Origin: Craspedostauros australis
Lineage: Eukaryota
Direction: 5' to 3'
Assembly (NCBI GenBank): GCA_030167865.1
Contig: JALAGF010001869.1
Coordinates: 1 to 62,855, forward strand
DNA length: 62,855 bases
Position numbers and translations under genes: made by a program. The notes beneath the pieces are model-generated. The model saw only the letters and a program-made list of their open reading frames with translations, made no database searches and was not told where the DNA came from. Positions 22,907-34,571 of the stretch are shown piece after piece; within the stretch, counting starts at the first letter, position 1, and every line of letters begins with the position of its first letter.

Positions 22907-25047
22907 CTTGCTGTGGTCGGAGTTGGAGTTACAGTTGTTGCTGCGCAAGGGGATGATGCTTTGGGAAAGTTCGATTCGGATCGCTTTGTGTTGCCTTGCG
23001 GTGCGTATTGGTACGCGCGGATCTTTTCGGTTCTGCTGTGGATCGAAGCAAAACGGAAAGAGACGCAGACGCAGTGAAAGTGCAGAGATTAGCGGAGTTG
23101 GTCGCTGGTTGCTCCGGTGCCTGAAAGGTGCCAACGGTGAGGTCGTCGATAAACTACGAGCTACGTGTAGTAGTAGCACTGTTGATGTTCTGCACGATAC
23201 TGTCAGAAATGGAGATGGATACGGATCCTACCTGCCTGGTTGACTGTGGCTGTCGATTGATTGCCGATTGGTTGGCTGCGGTCGGGTTCTCTCGTTCCGG
23301 ACGAGAGAACAGGCGAGAAAGCTTGGGGCCTTGGGAATTGGATGCTGGCGAATCAATGAAGAGTCGAGTACTTTCCTCTCCTCCGCTCTCTGCTCTTGAT
23401 TTGGCTGAGAGGGGTGGTGCAAACACGGATTGGATCGTTGATGGGACGACGAGCGCGCGAAATGCGAAGAAAGGAATAGAGCCAAGCCGAGTCGATTCCT
23501 TCTTGGTCCGTTTTGTCGTGGTTGGTTTCCTGTTTTTGCGCCAGTTCCCGACACGTGGTGTTGTTGGTCGTTGGTCTGAATTCTCGAGGTTTGTGAGTGC
23601 ACTTCCCTTCGAGCTGCCAACCGATGTAGCGTAATGTGTTGTGATGCAACGCAATGCAATGTCGTCAAGTTGAATGTCGAGCGACGAAAGTGAATCAACT
23701 GCAGCTAGATAGAAAGATAGAAAGACAGAGAGTGGTTGCAGTGAACCGTCTTGAAATGAAGATGATATCTCCCCCGAGGAAGTTCAAGGCTCGATGTTCA
23801 ATGGCAGTGCTTCGTTCTCCAACGATGCTCAGTCAATTGTGCTTGTATCTTGCCTGTGTGCCTCCCTGCTGGAGTATGTATGCGTCGATGTGGCACTGTT
23901 GGTGCGAGTTCTGACTGTGTTGGTGGTCAGCGGGTGTGATGGTTGCAAGGTGCACCACAAGTCGTCACTTTCCTGATTGCGTGGCGTGTTGCACGGTACG
24001 TAGCTCGTATCGCCTTCTCGTTGCTCTCTCTTGATTTCCGCGGGTGGTTGATGTTGATGATCTTCTTGCCGGGTTCCGTGGGTACCCGTATTGAATTTAT
24101 TGATGACGATGGATCGATCGATCATTTGGGGACTCCTTTCTGGCGCTACGATTCGGTGGGCACGACTCTCTGCCACACAATTGTCGATCCAGGGCGCCAC
24201 AATCTACCGGCAGTCTACTCGGACCCACACGAGCACAGTCCGCCCACCACAAAGTATTCCTGGTTGTTGCGTGTTGCCTTGATTGGTCTGTGACTGGTTG
24301 GTTGGCTGGCTGGCTGGCTGGTTGGCTCCAGATTGGATTGGGGGCGCAACGGGAGGACGGTCGTGTCTCTGTGGCCTGTGGCGAGACAACGACCGAGAGG
24401 ACACAGCGACGCCCGAAAAACTCAAGAAAAAGGCCTCACAACCGCTTCCACAGCCAACAGCCACGCGTTTGATGGTATTCCAAGCGGGACGTCTGTCCGC
24501 GCACCCGTACACAAATCTTGCTTTTCGCTCGCAATCCGCACGGCGAGGACTGCACGAAAAAGCCCAATCGTGGTTTCACGTGGATACCGCTCAGATGACG
24601 TCGGATGTCCTACCTTCCTTCTCAGCCAATCAGAGCGCATCAACCCAACAAACGAAAGATTTGCACGTTCAACTTGGTCCGTGATTTGGACCGCCTTGCC
24701 GTGACCCAGAACAACAAAGAGACTGTTGACTCAAGCGACCGCAAACTGTTTCTCAGCATTGTTTGATTCATCGGAATGGATCACAATTCAAAATTCAAAA
24801 GGTCAAACCCAGCACAAAACCGACGAACAACACAGAACGTGACACACAGAACATTGCGCCATCACATCACTACTGCCATCAAGGGGGCGCAACACGCAAG
24901 CACAGAGAGACAACACACCAGAAGAGGATCCATCTCCGTCTCCCAAAGACAACAACGATAGCAGCTCCAACACCACACGCCCATAAACACTTCACGAAGG
25001 AAACAAAACAAGCAAAACGAACAAGCCGCAACATCATCATCGCAACC

Positions 25048-27099
25048 ATGCTCTCGACCAGATCCCAACTCACCAAGCAGATGCTCTTTGCCATCGTTCT
25101 GATCTCGTTGGCCAATGCGGTGTCTGCCAACTTTGTGAGTTCTGCGCGCTCGTGCTAAACTCGTACCGTGCGAGTGCACCCTTCTCGTTGCATCTTCCGC
25201 GAGAAATGACCAATGCGCATTGCAGACGGATTCTTCACGAATCTTTCGCACGCAACCGTCTCTCTCGTCTCTCTTCCCATCCTTCCCCATGTATCACATC
25301 TTCCCATACTTCGCACCAATCCAATCTATTTCGTGGTCGCCGTGTCATCCACTTCATCCGCTCACGCTTCCATACTCGTACTCTGTTGCTCTGAATTCTC
25401 CCATGCTCTGTCCATCTTTCCGACCTCCAACTTCAAATGGCCCATCAATGATTACGATGGCAATGACGAACATCCACAATGGCACCAACAATGACACCAA
25501 CGATGGCACCAACAATGGCACCAACAATGGCACCAACAATGGCACCAACAATGGCACCAACAATGGCACCAACAATGACACCAACAATGACACCAACAAT
25601 GACACCAACAATGACACCACAAACACTCCATGTAGATCACGAATCGTCTTGAACATTACTACAACTTGGCGATGGGGCTCTCATTCGGCGAAAAGATCTG
25701 CTTCGGTATCGTGCTGTTCTTCATCTTTGCTGGTTTCACCGGACTGGACGGCGGATCGCCACCCAAGCTCAAGGTCGTCAAGGTGGATAAAGTCTCCGGT
25801 CTCAAGGAGAATCCCAGAGTCTACTTCGATATGGAGATTGGTGATGTCAAGGCGGGGCGCATTGTCATTGAGCTCTTCTCTTCCATCGTGCCACGTACAG
25901 CAGAGAACTTTCGTGCACTTTGCACGGGGGAGAAGGGCACTGGGAAATCCGGCAAGCCCCTCCATTTCAAGGGCAGCATCTTCCATCGTGTCATTCCTGG
26001 TTTCATGGTGCGTACCCTGGTTTCGCATGATCACACTGCGTGTTTTGCATGTGCACGATGGCGCATGTGCAAAACAGTGAAAACAAAAAAGAAACAAAGA
26101 AACAAACAAGCAATTGAGAATTTGCCGTTGTTTGAGCTTCTGATCATGGTTGAGATGTGGCTTTGGGATTTTTGAGTCAGGTGCTGCACGTTACAAGTGC
26201 AAATGCAGCACGAGGATCCCATGCGCTGTGACTGCAGTACGCGCACAAAAGATGTGGATTTTGGCTTTTTGCCATTGCTCATGGTGATGGCAGCTGCAGG
26301 CATACGGCGCTCTGCTGTTGACATGCGTCGAAATGAGCATCGTTTGAACATTTGCGAGGGCATGCACATGGGCACTTGCTAGCATGAGCCAATCACATTC
26401 TTACATTCGTGCGATATGCTTTTCTTCCACAACCACCAACATCGTCGTCAACAACAACACCAATGCCAATATCAATGCCAACAGTGCCAAGGAGGAGACT
26501 TCACGAACTTCAATGGCACCGGAGGTGAATCAATTTACGGAGCGAAGGTGAGTGGAGTGCTGCGTTGCTTGCCTGGGACAGCAGCGCAATGGCTGAATGG
26601 ATACCTCGAAGTCGGGACAAGATGAAATATGATCCTGCTCTATGTACTTGCGACAAAAGGAACCATTGCGTGTGATTGCTCTTTGTGACTCAACAGTCAG
26701 AATACTCTATCCCTGCACCTCTCGCCTCTTATCCTCTTGCCATCATACGGGTACGCATGCGAACATGGCACCTATTGCCACACAACCGCCACGACATGAT
26801 GTAACTATCCGATATGGAAACTTTAGTTCGATGATGAATGGAATGATGTTTTCATCCCACACAGCAAGCCAGGATTGCTGTCGATGGCAAACTCGGGACC
26901 CAACACGAACGGAAGTCAGTTCTTCCTCACAACAGCCAAGACGGATTGGCTCGACTGTAAGCACGTTGTCTTTGGACAGGTTGTGGAGGGAATGAATGTT
27001 GTCAGAGCAGTCGAGAAGGTCGGAAGCTCCAGCGGCAAGACCACGAAGAAGGTCTCAGTGGTGGACAGCGGCGAAGTCGCCACCAAGAAGAAGGACTAA
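25048..27099 (+). CDS. cyclophilin-type peptidyl-prolyl isomerase with signal peptide + TM helix; 4 exons (25048-25134, 25636-26007, 26485-26547, 26827-27099)
   Basis: [66 protein letters not shown] and [10 protein letters not shown]. Three phase-0 GT-AG introns join in frame. Confidence 0.93.
25476..25619. repeat. 12-bp minisatellite (acaatg[g/a]cacca) x ~12 in cyclophilin intron 1
   Basis: Directly visible tandem array ending just before the tag acceptor at 25635. Confidence 0.92.
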
Positions 27100-27854
27100 G
27101 GGTGGAGTGCGGCACCATACATATTAGTACATCCGCGCAGCCCAGACGCAATTGGTTGACTGACTGCTCCGCCGTCCTGTAAGCATGTTCCATACACTCG
27201 CGGGGAAGGATGCCGGCGAGTATGGACGTCTCAGTTCTTCAGGCTGCCATGTGGACCACAAAGAGCACAAATGCTGACAATAACCTTTCACTATATGTTG
27301 TTGGTACTCGGGAGTTGAGTACAAATTGTATCTGCGTGCTTTCTCTCCCTCTGGAGAGACATAGCAGGGTGATGTGATTTACCGCGCTTTGCCCAAGATT
27401 AGTTCGTGAACATGTGTAATAGGTAGCTCGCTTTAATCGTAGCCGTACGCTATTCGCATGCAGTTGCGAACCACGCAGTAAACCAAATCCAGAGAGGCAC
27501 CACTTGGTTTGTCGTTGATTTGTGACGCCACGTGGAACCAATCTCTCACATTTTGTGGTGGATCATTTCCGGCCGTTGCTTCCACGAAACACCACTCACA
27601 TCAGCGCACGCGCTCGCACACGCGCAGAGAAAGTACGGTACTCCACGTACCATGGCTCGTACATGCACAAGAGCAACACAAAAACGCAACAGCACAAACC
27701 TGAGACAGACATCAACACCCCCTCATGAGGACGAGGACGAGTACAAGCACAAGCACAAGACTCGCACAAACAAACACCAGCTGCAAAGGCGGATGGCTGA
27801 AAGCATCACAACAACTATCAACCGATCGCTGCGCGCCTTCAACAATCCGCCACG

Positions 27855-30800
27855 ATGATAGGGAAGGTGGTCCTCCTTGCTCACCTGAGCGTGTTGCTAT
27901 GCGAACCTCGATGTGCGCTGGCTTCATCCGCGCAGTCTCCATCATCCACCGTCCGTCAGTTGGGTGGTTCAGCTCGCACGCCGTCATTGCTTGACACAGC
28001 AGCACAGCGACAGCAGCAGCAACAACGACGGCGGTTGCCGCCACCGCCTCCACGGCTGCAGTCATCTGATGATACAGCAACGTCATCATCGTCAAGACCT
28101 CCCCCGCCGCGGCCTCCACAGCACCAATCTGCTGTCGCCTCTGATGTCAATAGCTCACACAGAATGACATCTCTGCCTCCTCCGCCGCCTTCATCGTCAT
28201 CGTCATCATCTGCTCAACTGATACTGCCGCAACGAGATGGTGATCGTGCCAAGCCAGCAGCTCGAGAAGAGGATCGAGAGATGATGCTGGATCTCAATGA
28301 TGAAGCGTCCATGTCGCCCACCATGATGGTGCAAGCCAACCGTGTGGCAAACGGCGAGAAGCATACTGCAGGAGATATTGACGTGAACACGCAACATCAC
28401 GCGAGAGATGGAAAGGACGACCACTGGGATGATGCGATGGAGGACATGAAACTGGGCGATGCGGCAATCGATCATGAGGATCACTACCAGCGCTTCTCTG
28501 CTCGGTTCAACGATGTTCCTCGTTCAGACCTGAAAGAGGAAACCGCCGAAGACGGAATCCAATGGATCCATGCACGCAGCTGGGACCATGAAAGCCTTGG
28601 CGGGCATGACCTTCCAGCGCAGTCACAGTCACAGTGGCAACAAACCCGAGTGCATCAGCAGCAACCGAACGAACGTGTTGCCAGCACCGACAAGCGTGGG
28701 GAAGACAACGGTTGGATGTATAACCAAGTGGCTGCCAGGCAGATACCAAACACTGCCACACTCACGATCGAGTCGAAAGGAGCGGTCGCTGCCAAGCCGA
28801 AAGATCCTTCGGAAGGAGTCTCGCAAAGGGCGACCGCAGCCATGGACGGTAGGATCGTGGTCGAAATGACGCCAACCGCATCGAAGGAAGATGATGCAGA
28901 AGCTGACATTGAAAATCAGATTGGTCGTCTTCTGCTGGAACCTGAGAAGGGAGGCAAGGAGGAAGTAATGAAAGCAACGGGCGAAATGTCGTCATCTACA
29001 GACAAAGAACCATTTGTCGCAGACACTGAGCGAGGTCAAGATGTCCTCACGACCAACTCAACATCTATCCCACCGCAGCAGCAGCAACAACAACAGCAAC
29101 AGCAAAGGATCAGACCGGTTCAACAACGGGGACACCAACCACCTCCGCAGTTGCAGCAACATCAACAACAGCGCCAGAAATCTCCGCCACCACCACCACA
29201 ACAACAGCACCAGCACCAGCAGCACCAACGCAATTCTAATCAGGGACGCACTCCAAAACCACCAAGGCCAAATCAACGCCCACCCAACCCCAACCGGCAA
29301 CCAAACAAGTCTGGCAAAGACTTCTCTGTCATGGGATTGTGGCGCAGGGTTGAGAAAGGATTGGACGGCCTGGCAACGTTGGAGGATGCTGTGTCGGATC
29401 GTGCCACGCGGTTGGTGTCGTCCGTGACGACGCAGGTTGCGCCATCCAGAGCTCCGAACCGTCAGCAACGACCAACCACAACTTCGCAACGGCAACAGCA
29501 ACAGCAGCCACAAAGGCCACAGAATCAACAGAACCCACGAGTTCCCACAAACGCCCGTGATCCCAAGACAGGGTCAAATCGGAACAGCCGTGGAACTTCA
29601 AACCAACGGCAGACGCAACAGCGGCGACAGCAACAAAAGCCAAATCAGACAGCACCAGCGAAGGAGCCACCCACCCAGCAGCTCGGTGCATTTGCTTCGT
29701 TCGGGAAGAAATACGAGGACGCTATCGCCAAGAAGAAAGCTGCAGAGGCAGCAAGGAAGGCATCCGCAGCGCGGACGTCTGTCACAGCCGCTCGGAAGAT
29801 GATCCACCCTGTTGGTGGAGCCATGAATCCTGAAGCGGCTAGCGCAGACGGCAACCACAACTACAACGACCCAGGCCGGAACTACCAACAACAGGGAATG
29901 GTCAGCCAACAATGGCAGGGCACGGCTTCTCCAACGCCATCAAATACGCAGCAGTCTCAAACTGCAGGTGCAAATGCAAACGCAAACGCAAATGCCGGCA
30001 GTGCGCAGACGTACGAGCCTGCTTTAGATGGTTCTGCAACCCCACCAAATCGAAACGGTGCGAACACCTCCAATGTGAGCAACCAAGGTCCAAATGAAGA
30101 ACGTGTACAGTACAGCAACACGGCATCATCCGCCTCCACACAAGGGCCGCCGTCAATGCGGACATCATATCCCGTCGGCCCATCCACGAACACAAATCCG
30201 TATCTTCAGCAATCGGTGCCCAAACAGCGAAATGTCGTCAGCCAGAAGTCCAAGGCTGCAGCTGCTGCGCAGGACCGCAGAGGTTCCAGAATCCCATGGT
30301 CTGAAATGGTATCGTCATCCAGCTCCAACGGCGGCGGCCGTGCGGGGGTTGGTGGACCGTCGCAGATGCCGGCATCGAACTCCGCACGGAACCGACGTAG
30401 TTTCGGCGATGACGACAACGATGACGAGAGACAGGGATTTCTGTCCAAAATCGGCAGCTTCATCCCATCCATCCCTTCTCCAAAACGCCTCTTCAGGAGA
30501 GGCAGCAGTGACAGCTACAGCGACGCAGAGTTCTGGGGCACCATGAGCCACGATGACGACGACGATACCCCAAAACGAGGTATCTTTGGGTGGTTCCGAC
30601 GAAGCAACGCGGGGGCTAACAGCTCCACAAACTCGGCCAAGAGTGATTGGAGAAGGAGAGTGGATTCACAGGAAACTGTGTCGACGCCCCTTTCATCTCT
30701 CACCAGCCGATGCGATGACGGCAAGAACACCTGTTTGCTCTCCGCGGACGATCAGAAGAGGGCGAAGCTGTTGGGACAGTACCAGGGCAATATGGACTTC

Positions 30801-33351
30801 CTATGCGCCCTCTTCCTTGTCCTTGGTTTCAAGATACTCCCCGACTTCTCCATGATTCCGTTCGATTCAGCGTGGTCTGCTGCGGACGTGGCATCCCAAA
30901 CGGTCCCAGCTCTTGGCACGGTGCTGGCAGATTCGTTGCTGTCATGGGCCCCGTTCGCATTCGCCGTCGCCTACCTGCTCAAGCAAACCAGCAGGCTTTG
31001 GATCAACCCGGAAGTGAATGCATTGACGCACGGTGTCGCCAGGGCAGTGGAGGCCGAGTCACGGTACGGGCAGCTGTATCTTCGGTTGGTGGCGGCCATG
31101 CCGGTCGAGCATCAACTGGCAGATTCCATGCGCACAGCTACCAGTGCGCAAGTAATGAGCCTCGTGTCAGCATCGCGATTGCGATGGTTCGTGTCCACTG
31201 CGCTGATACATCTAGTCGTCATGACAGCCACTAGTCTCCAGAGTGGGGTTGTTGCAATCATGGACTCACTCGTCGGCATCGTATCGCTGCAGGAATGGCG
31301 ATCGTGGCCTGTGCCATGGAAGGAGCTACTCTCGCACATCAAGCAGCTCTTGCAAGTCATGCTGGTGCGCTTGGAGGGGGTCGTGGCCACCAGCGCAACT
31401 GCAATCCTTGATCATCCATTGCAGGCCATGTTTTTCGGACTCGTCCTGACAGCCTTGGCGATCACGTCCGTCATTCCCAACATGGAGGAGAATCGCAACG
31501 TTGTACCGCCAGCCGAAGATGACGACGACCAAGCGCTGCATGCTCCGTTGGAAAGCATGGACCATCTATCAAAGTTGGGTGCCTCCAGCGCCAACCGTCT
31601 CAGCATGCTGTCGGAGGATGGTTCCGTGGAGAACGTGCTGGAGCGTTGGCGATCTCAATCGGCCGCCACGGCTGCATCTGACACAACCATCGAGATCGCG
31701 GGGTCTCTGGTCCGCGTGACAGTCCTTCGATTGTTGGCAGTGATGGTCATCATTGCCCCATTCCTGCTTTACGCAGTACTGAACTCGTCGATCGGTCTGG
31801 CCAGCGGATTGCTGGCGGGTCAGAGCGCATCTACGGAACTCGCCTTCGCATGGAGCTCCATACTGGATGCCTCGATGTACCTGATCTTCGCGATGATACT
31901 CTCATGGCAGGCAATCGGAAAGATCGTCGCCGCGACAGATGCACGCGGCCCTATCATGAATTTCCTGTCGACCTTGTCGCAAACTGTTGCTGAGATCGCA
32001 AGCGACAGCTCCAACCAGGCGGACATATCGTTCAATGCATCGTTGTCTCCTTCGGCCGGCATCGCCGTGCGAGATTTGTGGACGGCACATACGAGCAAAC
32101 GTGCATGGGCCGTGCGAGGCGCCAACTTCGAATGCAGGAATGGCGAAATCTTGGTCGTCCTTGGTGATGACGGGTGCGGCAAGACGCGATTGCTGACTTC
32201 ATTGGCGGAGACCATCATCTCCCCGCCCAAGCGATCGCTGTCATCCAGCAAGGTTCGAGGCTCCATCTCTATCGGAGGTGTTGACGCAGCCAAGTGGGAT
32301 CGCAGCATGCTCAAGCGGCGCACGGGCATCCTCCTCAACGACATCCGAACAGCTGCGGATACCGCCAGCATCGTTTCGGGGCTCACGTTAGAGGAGGTTC
32401 TGGAGCCATTGAACGGATCCAAGACGCTCGATCCGGGGAGGCAGCTGAGTGCCGTCGAGAAGGCTTCAATGCTGCTGTCGATGAAGGTACGTCTTCCCTT
32501 ACCGGGATGTGCGTGTAGATGCAGATATGCATGTGGTTTGGTATAGCGTGGCGTGACGTGTGGATAGGATTGGCTGAGATCTTCTGCATGAACATTGCAT
32601 TGCGTTGCATTCTATCGGTGTCGGCGTCGTTGCAGGTGTGACCATTCTGCTTACTTTCGTTTGTGACGCTCACCTTTACCCTTCTGCTTGGCTTGGCTTT
32701 GCGGCCATTCTGCTGCACTATTTCTTATGTCACCATGCTCTGTCAAAAACATACGCACACTTGATCGCAACTCGTTGACTTGACCAACGCATTCCATAAC
32801 GATTGCGATCGCCGTCGTCGTCATCATCATGATAATGATCATCTCCGTCGTGATCACCATGGGCGTAGATCACGGGGCTGTACACATCCTTGCTCCCGAA
32901 GCTACCGTCGAAGTGGTCGACTGTGATTACCGCCAACGAGGAGGACTTGCGACCGTCGCCTTTACGACCTCGAAGCACCGTGCTGTCGCCTTCCGAATGG
33001 TCCAAGCTTCTGCTCGCGAAGATCTTGGCGCAGACCATCTCTGACAACGACAACTCGGCAGCATCCAACGACAAGATCGACAGCTGCCTGATGGGGTCCG
33101 TGCTCATTCTGGATGATCCGACTGTTCTGCTGTCGGAAGTTGAGGAAGCGACGTTGCTGAACAAGATTCGACGGACCGGGGCTGCCACTGTGATGTCCAC
33201 CAACAAATGGGCCACGGGGCGATTCGCAGACAAGGTGGCCGTGATTAAAGACGGCAGGGTCGTCGAGACTGGAACGCATAACGAGCTGCTCAGCCGAGGC
33301 CCTCAGCAGAGTCTGTATGCAGCCAAATGGCAAGCCATGACCATGCAATGA
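27855..33351 (+). CDS. multi-pass membrane protein with C-terminal atypical ABC ATPase domain; 2 exons (27855-32486, 32869-33351)
   Basis: Signal peptide, long Q/P-rich disordered region and several hydrophobic helices, then Walker A GDDGCGKT, GSISIGGVD, LPKLPSKWSTVI, LSPSE, VLILDDPT and ADKVAVIKDGRVVETGTHNELL (ABCB/C-type NBD tail). An in-frame GT-AG intron joins the exons. Confidence 0.82.
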
Positions 33352-34571
33352 GAACATTGATACGGCGATGTTCCTGACACTGCTGGAATGCCACACAGTA
33401 TAGGTACGTACGAGCACTAATACTCGTACTCGTATGTATAATATGTTACTTGCGGAGACTTTTCCACCAGCATACCATAATGCGACAAGGGTATGGCACA
33501 ATACGTACGATGCCAACTCCACAGAAGAGCACGGGTACTGGGGTTTGAGAAACTTGGAATCTGTGTGCACGAGTATAGAGTAGAGTATGCATATGGTATG
33601 GCATTAGTGCATGGCTATCCTTTTAAAAACTATATCTGAACACTCGTTCTATTCTACGTACCTACGGCACCATGCATAGTTGCAGGTACGTTTTCTCTCT
33701 CTAGATTAGATTACCGTAGAGTGCCAGAATCATCTTTTGGTCTTTGGGCGCGCGTGGATGACGACATTATGCGTACTTGGGACTGTGAAACTCGTTTCGT
33801 TGATATTTTGGTCGTTCGTTGAAAGAACCTTGTGGCTTCGTTTTCATTGGTGTTTGTGTGTGCACCCTCGTCCAATCAGAAGTCCCATATGCAAAATGAC
33901 GTCCAATAGTTCACTTCGAGTGTCACAGCCATCTGGTCATCCAGGGTAAAGATGTATCTTTACGGAACCAACCGTTCGGATTCGGTTGACACAGAGATCG
34001 CCTCTCGTTTCTGGATCGACGAGTGAGAATTGATGGGTGTGATGGGTGAGGGGTTGGGTGGTGGTTGTTTGTGGGTGGATCGATGTGGTGTGATGTGCGA
34101 TTGGCGATGCCTCTCTCTCTTGCTCGTGTTTGTGTGCGTGTTGTGTTTGAGCGAACAGCGTGGATTTTCGTCCCAGCAACGACATGCACACAGAAAGAGA
34201 GAGGACACATCCGCATCGTATTCCCCATCCGTTGTGAGTTCTGACGTGAGGGGTCTGATGCTCTCTCGTGATGCCTCATGCCTCGTGCCTCCATGCCTCG
34301 ATGATCGCCGCAAAGCGGTCTGTCATCGCATTGCCCCATTTCGGTGTGATGGTCATTCTGCTTGTCGTGTTGTTCTGCTACACTACAGGCGTACCATACT
34401 CGTACGATACATACATACCCACGCGCACTGGCATGTACGAGCCACTCGTACTAATACACACAAACTTGTGCTGTCTCCTGATGACCGTTGCTCTGACCTC
34501 TTTGTATTCATCTCCCTCCTCTTTCTCACTTTCCTAAGGAGCCTCCGACTTCTGCCAGAGTAGGATCAAAC

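Noticed and set aside
25220-25656. ORFs with TNNG, LLVP or WCHC repeats
   Set aside because: These are translations of an intronic 12-bp minisatellite. The cyclophilin exons splice around it in frame.
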